This document shows, one piece after another, positions 10,628 to 22,217 of a stretch of DNA of 64,000 bases. Position 1 is the stretch's first letter; each line of letters opens with the position of its first letter. The translations under genes and the position numbers were made by a program. Source of the stretch: an uncultured Nitrososphaeraceae archaeon (GTDB lineage Archaea; Thermoproteota; Nitrososphaeria; Nitrososphaerales; Nitrososphaeraceae); the NCBI GenBank assembly GCA_963837175.1, contig CAWIMJ010000010.1, forward strand, positions 28,453-92,452, written 5' to 3'. Under the pieces are notes generated by a model. It ran no database searches. It was not told the DNA's origin and saw only the letters and a program-made list of their open reading frames with translations.

Positions 10628-13430
10628 TTACTCTTTTCTAATCTTGATATCTAAAATTGGTGGTTTACTTGACCATTCCTTTATCCATTCTCTCATAATA
10701 CTAGCACATCTTTCAGCCTCTCTTCTTACAAATCCGTCCAAATCGTGTTCGGCAACGTATATCAATGCATCTATGGCTTCAAATATCTTAAAGTCAGGCA
10801 TACTTGGTTTAACCTCGTTGTCTGCAAGTGCTTTACATGCATTGATTTTTACTTTCCGACGTTTATCCTTTAATAATCTCAAGAGCTGGTTCAATACTTT
10901 TCGATTCATTTCGTCTAGCTTTGCATTCTTTTCATCATTATCATCATTGTTCTTTGCTGTACGTAGAAATTTGGATAAAGCAGAAGTCGCAGATAGCCTT
11001 TTGAAGTATTCGTTATTAGAATCAGTATTTACAATAAGGAAATTTGCAATGTCTACTACAATATCTTTATCATTGTCTTTTGAGAATTCTTTTAATCCAT
11101 CAATAGCACCGCTTGCAATAACATTTCGAAATGATTCAGATATTTTTACATTCTCTTTCAGTAGTGATATTATCTTTTCTTTTTTTATGTTATCAGGGGA
11201 AGATATCTCATTCTTGCTACTTTTTCCAATTGCTGTTGCGGCATTTGCTCGAAGAAAATAGCTCTCTTCTAGTTGATATAATAGTGACTCAAGCAAATTG
11301 GTTGATTCTTTTCTTTCAAATTGTCCTATATTTCGAACTATTGCTTGTTTAACTTCAGGATGCAATCTAGAAAATATTGCTTTGTTATTAAGACACGAGA
11401 AAAGTGCCTGATATGCTTTATTCGTCTTAGCATAATTATTTTTTTCATGATACGATCCGAGTGTATTTGCAGCTTCTATGGATACCCCATAAAAAGGGTC
11501 TGCTATAACTTCATTTTGTAGTTCATCTACTACATCATCTGAATATTGATTCTTGAGTATTCGTGCAGCTTCTATTCTTTCAATTATTGATCTTCCTTTA
11601 CGTAATTGATTTTTGAGCATCTCTCCCAGTTGAAATTTATTCGTTTCATTTGTAATTTTTACAGATTTTATTTCTTTCAATATTTTAAATTGCGGATCTA
11701 TAGATATCCATTCTATTCTGGCATCATTCGGAAGTTCGATTGAGTGCTCTGTTATTCTTTCGGATACATGAATTGATACTAGATCGCTTTTACTATTATT
11801 GTTTTCAATATTGGTAGTACCAGAAAAAACTATCCTTACATCAAGGGTGAACTCAAATAGATCCCAACAATCAGCGTTATCACGTTCAGTATTACTATTA
11901 CTACAATTCCCTCCATTATCTTCTCTTTTTCTTTGCGTAATTTTGATTTTTATTATTGAGTCTTTTACCAAAGAAAATTCTATGTCAAGTTCAGGATGAC
12001 CTGATCGATAAACCCACTGATCAAAGAATCGATGCATGCTCCTCCTTGAGACATCTTCAACAATTTTAAGTAGGTCGTCAGTTTCCGTAGTGTTATTTTT
12101 GTATGTAACGAGATAATTATTTATAGATTTTCTAAAGTTATTGTCACCAATATCGTTACGTAACATATGCAAAATGCAAGCCCCTTTTTCATAAGAATGA
12201 GTATCAAATAGATCATCAGGATGCTTGTATATTCTTGTTACAATTGGCCGCTTGTAAAGGTGTCTTGACTCTTCGAAGATAGTCGTCTGCTATTTTCATT
12301 ACCTTGTAGCAGAACTCATCATGTCCTTTGATACTTTCCCAATACAATGTCTCACAATAGGTGGCAAAACCTTCGTTAAGCCATATGTTTGACCAATCTC
12401 TACACGTTACCAAGTCACCAAACCATTGATGAGCAAGCTCGTGTGAAACAACATCGATGTCCCTTGTGTAGTCAATTGCTGCTATTTCATCATGTAAGAT
12501 ATGTTTTGTTAAGATAGTACAATTTGTATTTTCCATACCTCCAAACTCAAATTCCTCTACTGCGACTTGCAAATACTTTTTGTATGGATATTTCATACCA
12601 AAATATCCTTCAAAAAATCTCATCATGATTGGAGTATTTACAAAAGTTAACATAGCATCTCTTTTTGATATATCTTTGGGCCAATAATATAATAACGAAA
12701 TGCAATTCCTGCTGCTTCCATCATCATCATGATAACGATATTCTTGTTGTTCCTGAGCAAATTTACCTATAACAATGGATGTAAGATATGCAGGAGTCGG
12801 ATTTAGCTCTATCCATGTCCACGTATTTCCTTCTCGACGTGCTAGTTCACCATTAGATATAACAATAAAATCATTTGTCGGAACAGTAACTTGAATTTCC
12901 CGTGGAAACTTGACTTGAGGATCATCAAGACATGGAAACCAATATTTTGATTCTAATGCTTGTCCTTGCGTCCACGCTTGTTTATCTGAGGAGCATTTGC
13001 TAGAAGATATAAAATGAAATCCGCTTCTCGGTGTGTAAATACCAAATACACCATCTTTGCGATAATAGCCAGCAGAATATCTAATAGTAAGATCTACCCT
13101 ATTGCCTTTTTGTAATATTTGCCCAAGTTTGATAACCAGCTTATCGTCCTTTTTTAAAGTATCAAAAGATATTACATGAATATTATCAGAAGAAGATGTT
13201 ACTTGGTATACATCTATTTCTGCAATGTCAAGCTTAATTTCGTTTATGTCTTCTAATGCAATAATTTTTAGTTTCTGTCTACAGTCTTTGAGAGAATCAG
13301 AATCAAAATCAGGTTTTATCTTAAGTATCATATACTCAATGGTAAAAGATAATAGTTGAGGATAGTGGGGTATACTTCCTGGAAATTCAAATTTTTTGAT
13401 TTTAATGGAAGAAACACTGCCTTTTTGCAT
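10628..13430 (-). pseudogene. pepN: M1 aminopeptidase (aminopeptidase N) with HEAT-repeat C-terminus, one frameshift
   Basis: GGMEN, HELAHQWFGD..WLNEGFA; removing one base near 12277-12279 restores ..EESRHLYKRPIV..SYEKGACILHMLR into ORF 10628..12172; may be an assembly error. Confidence 0.9.
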
Positions 13431-14728
13431 ATTGATATAACCACTATCCTACTTACACAGTTCGTATTAAGGATTGAGATGGGATATATGATTTGTGTGT
13501 GCATGGATGTATGCATATACAGCCACTCTTCTTTGCTATCGGACAAACTTATAGAGTCATTACGAAGGTATAGAATTTTTTGATATATTTCAAAAATGGG
13601 TTAAAGCATGTGTATGATATTTCTATACTTCTATTCTTCAGTTATATTATTCTACCAAGCATGATATGGCTTAGCATTTTTACCGACTTCTCATATTCTA
13701 CTCTCAATTGAATAAAACATATTTTCTATAGCATCAACTCCGGCGTCTACGTATAGGTCTACCAATTTCTTCTAATCTTTTCTTCTTTGCTTCAAAATCA
13801 GAATCATTATGATTTTCTATACAATAAGTAAGAATATCCTAAAGTTCTTCCTATAACTATGCATCCAATTTTCTTTATTCATTTCCTTATTATTTTGCCT
13901 TACCCTCTTAATATATTCTAACCAATTTTTATCTTGACGGACCCAGTTGTTATTTATCCTTTCTTCATCATAAATGGTACTTCCTGAAATGGTGTTTTTA
14001 ATATCATGTCTTTTATACATTAACTTAAATCTCTACCACCATGTTTTGCACTTCCATTATAAAGCGACAGTTCTTTATCAAAATATGCTGAACTTTCACT
14101 TTTCTTTAACCTTTCTAATATTGCACCTAATTCACTTTGCTTTTTGACAGGCATATAGGAAGATTTGATTTCCTAATCCAATTCTATACCTCTTCTGAAA
14201 TATTATCAATAGAAAGTTGATTTCTGCGTAGCATATCTATGGAGATCTGTTGTATCCATTATTATAGTCCAGGGATTAGGTTCCAATATATAGAAGGTTT
14301 GATATTCTGCCATTTAGATTTTGATTCATGTTAGTGAAATAGCCTTACATCCATTATCAAGAGCAACCGATCTTGAGTTTTATATAGTTATTTCAGTATC
14401 CTTAACATGTCTTTACTTTTTTCTCATTGCAATAGATTTCCAATCAGTTTTAACGATTGGTCTTTCTTTCCATTTTGAATGTAGCATATGCAGACAATAA
14501 TGCTGCAATAGCTCCTTAACCACCAGAGACAATGTCGTGTTCTATGGAACTCTGAAAGTGATAGACAGACAGAGTTGACTTAACTTGACTACTCAAAAAA
14601 ATGAGTAATATGCTAATATTATATTTGATTTTTTCATTTTAGTGCATAATGACTTTCAGCATGGGTTAACATGGACACTCACACTCTCACTGTTGATTAA
14701 TATAAAGGTAAATGGCAACTCCAGGATA

Positions 14729-15220
14729 ATGGTAAATAGAACTCACATAACGACCCAGTTTGGGGATATTGAACTAGAATTCTATTCTGATGTTGCACCA
14801 AAGACAGTTGAAAATTTTAAAAAATTGGCAGAGAATAGATTTTATGATGGATTAATATTTCATAGAATTGTACCAGGGTTTGTAATACAGGGAGGGGATC
14901 CTCATACAAGAGATACTAGCGACAGAGGAAGGTGGGGAACCGGTGGCCCCGGCTGGACTATAAAAGCAGAATTTAACAAAAATAAGCATTCTCGTGGTGC
15001 AATATCTATGGCAAGATCACAAGATCCGGATAGTGCCGGATCACAATTTTTTATAGTCTTACAGGATTCATACTTTTTGGATGGCCAATATACTGTCTTT
15101 GGAAGGGTGATATCTGGAATGGACATAGTAGACAAAATATCTTCGTTAAAAACAGATTCTAAAGATGCACCCATTGACCCAGATCAGGCAAGGATGATAA
15201 CGGTTACTGTTAGAGATTAG
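14729..15220 (+). CDS. ppiB: Cyclophilin-type peptidyl-prolyl cis-trans isomerase
   Basis: APKTVENF, FYDGLIFHRIVPGFVIQGGDP, SMARSQDPDSAGSQFFI, LDGQYTVFG; start moved to ATG 14729. Confidence 0.95.
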   Translation: MVNRTHITTQFGDIELEFYSDVAPKTVENFKKLAENRFYDGLIFHRIVPGFVIQGGDPHTRDTSDRGRWGTGGPGWTIKAEFNKNKHSRGAISMARSQDPDSAGSQFFIVLQDSYFLDGQYTVFGRVISGMDIVDKISSLKTDSKDAPIDPDQARMITVTVRD

Positions 15221-15401
15221 ACTTGTCTACGAATACTGATCGAATAATTGCTTATGTAAGTATCAAAATAGATGGCAGCTATTAACAAAAATTTAGAAAA
15301 AGCTTAAAGCAATAAGATAATACAAAATCTAATATAGTGTTTCTAATTTCAATATTCAAGATAACATAAGGAGTATGATACACAGATAACTCAATGATGT
15401 A

Positions 15402-15878
15402 CTAATTATTACAGATATCATCAGAAACATTCGGAGGAATGTAATTTGATTCGACGGAACCTTGATGGTGTATTAGTAATCATCTATTATTATTGTTGGT
15501 GTTGTTGTTATCTTCGTTAATATTCTCACGTTTGAATATATTTGTAGCAATTACACCCATGCTGATATGGTTTTCATTGACAATAGTTTCAATGTTTTCT
15601 AAACAAACGACTATTGTTATATTTTCAAATATCTTTATCTTTGTATTTGTAATCATATACTTTATCATCTCAGTATTTTGAAATATTCTAATCCAACTAT
15701 CTCGTATTGCAATCCAACCTGTATCCAAATCCCAACCAGGATGAAAACAGACTATGTTATCAGTAAGATCCCACACTTCTTCCATTTTTTGAAGGGACAA
15801 ACTTTAAAATGCTTGGTAAAACCTTACGTTGCTGTTCTCTATTGCTTTTTCTTCTTCTTTGGTACATTTATTACGCAT
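15402..15878 (-). pseudogene. SnoaL/NTF2-like protein with two in-frame stops
   Basis: NVRFYQAF*SLSLQKMEEVW..CFHPGW..ATNIF..R*LLIHHQGS; TAA at 15804-15806, TGA at 15480-15482. Confidence 0.8.
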
Positions 15879-16176
15879 TTAATTAACTCATACAAGTTTT
15901 ATTAGATAAATTAGTTTTTACATAATAATATAGTTAGTTAATAATCATCATATGTTAATGATTCAGGTTTTGTTGCAATGACTCTACTAAGGCAAATATG
16001 TAAAGTTTAGACATTAATTGAAAGTCTGCAAATATTTCAATTTGAGATTGTATGGAATTCAGCTATTCCAAGATGCGAAGTAAATTATCATCATAAGTTA
16101 TATTAACAAAGTATAAACAATGAAAATGATATAAAGAAATGTATCTATATAACTGATAGATTAATTGATATGATTA

Positions 16177-16899
16177 ATGATGGTTGAACACGAGCAAGTT
16201 AGTTATCATCATGATATTGTCAAGATAGCTGTTGATAATGATGATGAGCAGCAGAATATAATTGAAGGTAACTTAACTCTACCTAACACTACTATTGATA
16301 CTAAAGGAACTGTTATATTTGCTCATGGAAGTGGCAACAGCAGACATAGTTCAAGAAATCAATATGTTGCTCAGGTGTTAAACAAAGCTGGTATTGCTAC
16401 ACTACTAATTGACCTTCTTACAAACGAAGAGGAAAATATAGATGATATGACCAAAGAGTATAGATTCAATATTAGATTGCTTGCCAGACGACTTTTGATT
16501 TCCACTGACTGGCTTTCACAATATCCTAAACTTCGAAATTTGAATATTGGATATTTTGGTGCTAGTACGGGTGCAGCAGGAGCATTAGTTGCAGCTTCAG
16601 AACGGACAAATGCTATCAGTGCAGTTGTATCACGTGGGGGCAGACCAAATCTGGCCGGTCAAGAAGTTCTAAATCACATTCAATCTCCAACACTTTTAAT
16701 TGTAGGAGAAAATGACAAACAAGTAATTCAATTAAATGAACAGGCACTCAAACAACTCGGTAGGCTAGAAAAAAAGAAGAAGATGATAATAGTTCCAGGA
16801 GCCACACATCTTTTTGAAGAAGCAGGAGCACTCGAAGAGGTTGCAAGGCTGGCTAGTGGCTGGTTTGAGTGTTTCTTTATGGAAAAGAGGAAGGCATAG
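16177..16899 (+). CDS. Dienelactone-hydrolase-like alpha/beta hydrolase (phosphoribosyltransferase-associated type)
   Basis: FAHGSGNSRHSSRN, GYFGASTGA, VVSRGGRP, VPGATHLFEE. Confidence 0.9.
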   Translation: MMVEHEQVSYHHDIVKIAVDNDDEQQNIIEGNLTLPNTTIDTKGTVIFAHGSGNSRHSSRNQYVAQVLNKAGIATLLIDLLTNEEENIDDMTKEYRFNIRLLARRLLISTDWLSQYPKLRNLNIGYFGASTGAAGALVAASERTNAISAVVSRGGRPNLAGQEVLNHIQSPTLLIVGENDKQVIQLNEQALKQLGRLEKKKKMIIVPGATHLFEEAGALEEVARLASGWFECFFMEKRKA

Positions 16900-17175
16900 T
16901 CAGCCACCAATAATAGCAATATATGGAGAAAACTAGTAGTAATAGTTACATATTGCCTGCTAACAATTGGGTAAAAATTGACATATTGCCTGCTGATAAA
17001 TATATGGAAACAGTTTGTAGGATTGTTTAGTAGGAGTTCCAAAATGAAAAAGCCGCTATCTACATAATTGATTTATATGCCTTACTTATATCCAATTTAC
17101 TGTCTACATATTTTGTTAGACAGTCTAGAATTAACAGGTATTTAGTGATGTTTAGGACAAATTTGCAGAGATAAT

Positions 17176-17320
17176 ATGTTTCGACAAGCAGTAATTTCAA
17201 AACATGTCGAAGCTTTTAAAACCGCGATAGAAAATAAGATTGGTAAAGTAATTGACGCATATTATATACTTGGAAATTATGATGATATATATCCATAATG
17301 GAGGCGCCTGCTGATATTCT
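17176..17320 (+). pseudogene. GYD-domain protein remnant
   Basis: GKVIDAYYILGNYD followed by IMEAP in a shifted frame. Confidence 0.45.
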
Positions 17321-17633
17321 TTGTTATTTGTTCTTTTATTTCAATTTGATCACTATAGGCGTGAGATGTTATGGTCAGATTATTATTAATCATCTATTTA
17401 GCACCGCCCAGTATCTACCAACTAGGACTTGCACTTGAAATGTCTATTTGAATTTGAGATTGTCTGATATTTATGAAAGTTCAAAATATCAGTTAGATTG
17501 TATACTTCTTTTTAATACTTTGAAAAGACACTAATAATAAGAAATTAACTACTAATGACAGATTAAACAATAAAGAATGTCCTAAAACCTTATTTTGTGG
17601 TGAATATAACTGTATATAGAATACAAGAAATAC

Positions 17634-17710
17634 ATACCGGTCCGATCTGACCTTCTTTCACTGGTCTGTTCTGCTACCATGTATTCCACAAGTCAGATCG
17701 GAACGAGTAT
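17634..17710. other. GC-rich intergenic stem-loop
   Basis: TCCGATCTGAC (17641-17651) pairs with GTCAGATCGGA (17692-17702), with imperfect outer extension. Confidence 0.7.
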
Positions 17711-17843
17711 TTTATCTGTTGTTAAACATCTATTAGAACTAGAAGATAAAAATAATGCAAACATAATAGTAAGTTAGACTGACTTATTTAATTTCATAAT
17801 AATGAATATCCTTCCATTTAATGGACTTTTTATAATTGCTCTG

Positions 17844-17957
17844 TTATTTATGATGAAAACATGAAAAGTCTCTGCAATAATAGCAAAAGCCACATTTTTT
17901 GCATACCGGGTCTAAAAGTGTTGGAATAAAGTCAGAATAGCAATTAAAGCATTTCAT
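17844..17957 (-). CDS. 37-aa Cys-rich zinc-finger-like microprotein (not in ORF track)
   Basis: MKCFNCYSDFIPTLLDPVCKKCGFCYYCRDFSCFHHK: three CxxC motifs plus CxHH. Confidence 0.65.
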   Translation of the reverse strand: MKCFNCYSDFIPTLLDPVCKKCGFCYYCRDFSCFHHK

Positions 17958-18021
17958 CTTATACTACTATGTACGATATAGTTCAAAGTAAGATAGCTCC
18001 AGAAAGAGATCTACTATATCA

Positions 18022-18642
18022 TTATGCAACTTTAATACTTACTTCAATTGCATCTTTGACATTTGGAGTATATTCCAATGTAGTTTCAATAGTTCTGCTC
18101 TTATATATTCTATAATTTCTTACATAGTCTAAATAATCTAGCATTTCATCTTTCGATACTTCAACATTATCTGCAATAATAACAGATCCTCTATTTAGTT
18201 TCTCTTCGCTTAATTTTAGATACTTTAGGTATTCATCCTTGGAAGCATCTAGAAATAATAGATCAAATTTCCAATCAAGGTTAGGAATTATTTCTAAAGC
18301 ATTAGCAACAATAACATCTATTTTTTTGTCCAAGAGTCCAGCATCGGCTATATTTTTTCTTGCAATATCTGCAATTAATTTATTGACTTCTATAGTTATT
18401 AATTTTCCATCTTCAGGCAGCATTTCAGCCATTAATATTGCAGAATAACCATACAAGGTTCCAATTTCAAGAATATTTGTCGGTTTGTATTTCTTGATAA
18501 TTTTTGCTATAATTTCACCTTTGATAGGACCTATAGAAGGAATAAATTTATTTTTGGCCATTCTTTCTAGAGATTTTAGAACTCGGGACACTTCATTCAA
18601 TTTACATCTATATATTTTATTGATTATTAAAAATATCATCAT
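18022..18642 (-). CDS. SAM-dependent O-methyltransferase (caffeoyl-CoA OMT/TrmR-like)
   Basis: ILEIGTLYGYSA, FDLLFLDASK, IIADNV; true start probably slightly downstream. Confidence 0.9.
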   Translation of the reverse strand: MMIFLIINKIYRCKLNEVSRVLKSLERMAKNKFIPSIGPIKGEIIAKIIKKYKPTNILEIGTLYGYSAILMAEMLPEDGKLITIEVNKLIADIARKNIADAGLLDKKIDVIVANALEIIPNLDWKFDLLFLDASKDEYLKYLKLSEEKLNRGSVIIADNVEVSKDEMLDYLDYVRNYRIYKSRTIETTLEYTPNVKDAIEVSIKVA

Positions 18643-18725
18643 AAGATCCGAAAGTTAGCTAGGTCGGTGGCTTTTATAGTGCAAGTATTTCTAACAAAGA
18701 GGTTTCAGTAGTTGACAGGTTATGA

Positions 18726-19046
18726 CTATTTTTTCCTAACGATTGCTAAAAAGAATAAGACTAGGATAGCAAGCGAGGAAGAAGGTATTATTATATCAGT
18801 ATAGGGAGTATTAAATGATGCTTTAAAAGTTTGCTCAAGATATTCATAAAGTAAAAAGGCGACAAACAGACCAAATGCAACTATGGCGTATTTTATTTTT
18901 TTTATACCCGTATTTTTATAAGCAGAAATTGATAGTGCTACTAATATAACTGAAAATATCGCACCAATTACATAGATTATACCTTCTATAGTATCATAAA
19001 TTCCAATGCTAACAAATGATGCAATAATAATATGCATTATATGCAT
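18726..19046 (-). CDS. Small three-TM membrane protein coupled to a wHTH regulator
   Basis: Hydrophobic segments with AYKNTGIKK loop; start overlaps the stop of the upstream regulator. Confidence 0.75.
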   Translation of the reverse strand: MHIMHIIIASFVSIGIYDTIEGIIYVIGAIFSVILVALSISAYKNTGIKKIKYAIVAFGLFVAFLLYEYLEQTFKASFNTPYTDIIIPSSSLAILVLFFLAIVRKK

Positions 19047-19618
19047 TATTTTTTTTTATTATTATTATTATATTCTTGTCTTGATAAATGCAGAAACATT
19101 TCACCTAATCTATTGCTCCAATTATCCCATATGCGAGGATAATAATTCTTCAACAGGCCTATTATATATTTGGAATTATCGCTATTAACACCGGTTAATT
19201 GGTATCTCTTGTATCTTCCGTCTTTAATCTCACTTATTATTTTAAGAGTAATTAAGCGTCTAACATGCCAGTTTACAGACGCAGCTGATATTCCCATACT
19301 GTTGACAATGTCTGTTTGAGTAGGGTTTTTCTGTTCAATAACAAACAGAAGGATTTCTCTTGCAGTTTCCTGGTTTAAAACTTGTAGTATATCTTTTTCA
19401 TTATCGTGAAAAAGTCCAGATAGAAAATAAAATTTATACAAACCGCGTCTAATGGAAGTTATCCTTCCTCTTTTTTCTAGTCTAAATAATTGATATTGAA
19501 CTGAACCCATTGACATGCCAATCTCATTTTTGATCCGACGTAGATGACAACCAGGATTTTGTTGAATATACACCAGCACTTTACTATACATATCATCTCC
19601 TTCAAGTTCAGCCTTCAT
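19046..19618 (-). CDS. Tandem winged-helix transcriptional regulator
   Basis: IQQNPGCHLRRIKNEIGMSMGSVQYQL and TQTDIVNSMGISAASVNWHVRRL. Confidence 0.85.
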   Translation of the reverse strand: MKAELEGDDMYSKVLVYIQQNPGCHLRRIKNEIGMSMGSVQYQLFRLEKRGRITSIRRGLYKFYFLSGLFHDNEKDILQVLNQETAREILLFVIEQKNPTQTDIVNSMGISAASVNWHVRRLITLKIISEIKDGRYKRYQLTGVNSDNSKYIIGLLKNYYPRIWDNWSNRLGEMFLHLSRQEYNNNNKKK

Positions 19619-19727
19619 AATAGATCAACCTATCCCAAATCACATAGAAGAATCATAATATTATTATTGTTATCATCATTATTGTTATTACTATTAACCA
19701 CGGCTAAAGGAAGTGTTATTCATTAAT

Positions 19728-19850
19728 TGTGAGATGAGTAATGCATTTAATTTAAAGTATAAAGCATAGTAGTAGCGCTAGTACTACTGTCCAATGAACT
19801 TAAATTCTTTACTCAGCAAGTGCTAGTCATATTTAGACGATTGTATCACA
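19728..19850 (+). repeat. Direct repeat copy 1 (duplicated promoter-like block)
   Basis: Near-identical to 21658..21783; contains palindrome AGTAGTA-N7-TACTACT. Confidence 0.9.
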
Positions 19851-20283
19851 CTGTCTTATTTATAATAAGTAAAAGGTAGTAATAATGCAATCGAAGCTGC
19901 ATTTGGAATTTCTAATAACAGTATATTTATATTGTTGGTGCCAACCCTTTAGCAACTGCTTTGAATGTTTGTGGAAAATCTGATGTAACTAGTGTGCATA
20001 ATAATAAGAATAAATCTTTGAGACCTCGTCCAAATATACGGAATCTTGTTATACGGATTCCAAGTAAAGATGATCATAAGACCAATGAAGATGACTAGTC
20101 AAGGTTTGTTATCATACAAGGTATTTGTGAAGAATTAAGAGATATTGTTAGATAATCTCTATGTGCTAATAGTAGTGCAATTCAGTAAAGAAAATCAAAG
20201 GAAGTGACTGAATATCTCAAATAAAATAATATACTGTATGAACATGTTTAATTACTTATCAAAAGAGGTGTTATTGAATAATC

Positions 20284-21003
20284 TTGATCTATTACATTTT
20301 TAACAGCAGCAGTGTTTTGCTAATAACAATGATGATGTTAACAGCTACTCCAGTAACCTTTACTTTAAATGACATAGTAGATAGTATTACATCATGGATA
20401 TCAAGTGCAGGACCGGCTGGTGTATTTGCAGCAACATTGCTTGAAACAATATTTCCACCAATTCCAAGTGAAGTTATATTTCCACTGATAGGTTTTACTG
20501 CACAAAGTAAAGGGCTTGGATTTGGAAACGCAATAGGAATGGCCACTATAGGAGCATTAGGTTCTACCATTGGAGCAATAATGATTTATTTTATTTCTTT
20601 AAAGATTGGAAGACCTGCAATCCTTCGAGTTGGAAAATATGTTTTAATTAACGAATCAAAATTACAAAGAGCTGAATTATGGTTTGAAAAACATGGAGCG
20701 GTAGCTGTATTTGCAGGAAGGCTAGCACCAGGCATTCGCGAAATAATCTCTATTCCGGCTGGCCTGGGTAAGATGAATATAATAAAGTTCATTTTGTTTA
20801 CCTTCGTTGGTTCTCTAATTTGGAGTATCAGTCTAACAATTGTAGGATATTATTTTGGAGAAGCATGGAGTAAATTTGCTAAAGAATCATCAGAAATTTT
20901 TAACATAGCTGCTCTAATAATAATTGTAGGAGTTGCAGCAGTAATTGGATTTGGATATTATAAAGAACACAAATCGTCGTCTTCAAATAAACGACAACAA
21001 TGA
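20284..21003 (+). CDS. DedA family membrane protein
   Basis: LETIFPPIPSEVIFPLIG, WFEKHG..VFAGRLAPGIREIISIPAG; true start likely a downstream Met. Confidence 0.9.
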   Translation: MIYYIFNSSSVLLITMMMLTATPVTFTLNDIVDSITSWISSAGPAGVFAATLLETIFPPIPSEVIFPLIGFTAQSKGLGFGNAIGMATIGALGSTIGAIMIYFISLKIGRPAILRVGKYVLINESKLQRAELWFEKHGAVAVFAGRLAPGIREIISIPAGLGKMNIIKFILFTFVGSLIWSISLTIVGYYFGEAWSKFAKESSEIFNIAALIIIVGVAAVIGFGYYKEHKSSSSNKRQQ

Positions 21004-21049
21004 ATAATAATATCTTGTTGGTGGCGACCAAATCCTATTAAGATAAGGC

Positions 21050-21501
21050 AGTGGATTCTAAAACAAGCTCAAAATTATTTATATGATATAGAATATATGA
21101 TGGCAAGGCCAGTATACTCAGAATTACCCAAGATTGCGAAGTATTAGACGGTAAAGGTATAGTTGGAAATGAGGACCTCTAAACAAATATTATGACTGTG
21201 GAATAAAGAATAGCCTTGGAATGCACTTGATCTTGTAACTAAGAAACTATTGGATACAGAAAATGATCCAGTCTTTGTGACGAAATTAAAAAATTTTGAA
21301 CCATAATTTAATAGCGGTTTGAAACAGGTGCAGGATGAAGAGAAAGTAGACGAAGTATGAGATAAAGAAGTATCTTCCACACTAAATGCTAATGTCGGTT
21401 TGGTAGACTTTGGTGGAAAAGGAAAGTACAGCTCTTCTGAATTTAGATGGTCTGGTACATTGGACCAACTGCACATAAGTTTCTTAAATCGGATAAATTA
21501 G
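21050..21501 (+). pseudogene. PQQ-dependent glucose/sorbosone dehydrogenase remnant
   Basis: Fragments ASILRITQD, NFEP*FNSGLKQVQ, LVDFGGKGKYSSSEFRW with multiple stops; boundaries approximate. Confidence 0.55.
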
Positions 21502-21657
21502 ATAAACAAATGAAAATGGTATATTTGTAGACAACATCAGCTGTGGTAACATTATCATTTTAAACTAAACCAAAAGAGAAGGTCGCCTCTCTCTTGCATT
21601 ATCTTCTTCATATTCTCCCTTTTTTAAATCTCGAATGAATATATCCAGTGATAAATA

Positions 21658-21783
21658 TGTGAGATGAGTAATGCATTTAATTTAAAGTATAAAGCATAGT
21701 AGTAGTAGCAGTAGTACTACTGTCCAATGAACTTAAATTCTTTACTCAGCAAGTGCTAGTCATATTTAGAGGATTGTATCACA
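21658..21783 (+). repeat. Direct repeat copy 2
   Basis: Near-identical to 19728..19850. Confidence 0.9.
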
Positions 21784-21821
21784 GATCTTTTATAGGATGT
21801 TATTTACCTACTACTACAACA

Positions 21822-22217
21822 ATGAATACAAAGAAATCAATGTCAATTGTCGCACTAGTTACAGCTGCCCATATTCGCATTATCAACTGTTGTTGTGATG
21901 CCTGTATTGGCCAGTACTAGTAGTAGTAGTGACGATAGCAGCAGCAGGCAGATGGCGATAGCAGCAGCAGCAGCGGCGATAGCGCAGCAGTAGTAGTAGT
22001 GCTAGCATGAAATTAGATGATTTTAAGACATGTGTTTCCGATATGTCAAGTGGTTCTGACCCACAACAGGGTATAAGAGACTGCTTCCAGCAAACCTTCA
22101 GCAGCAGCCTTGGCACCAGCGGCACCAGCAGCCCCAGCGGTAGCAGCAGCAGCGGTAGCAGCAGCAGGCAGCAGCAGCGGTAGCAGCAGCGGTAGCAGCA
22201 GCTCCAGTGAATCATAA
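21822..22217 (+). pseudogene. Secreted Ser/Gly-rich protein with a two-Cys core, several frameshifts
   Basis: MNTKKSMSIVALVTAA/IFALSTVVVMPVLA signal; AGC tracts; core MKLDDFKTCVSDMSSGSDPQQGIRDCFQQTF. Confidence 0.65.

Noticed and set aside
10617-11999. Plus-strand ORFs of 66-214 aa, and similar overlapping ORFs elsewhere
   Set aside because: Antisense to recognised genes and lacking motifs.
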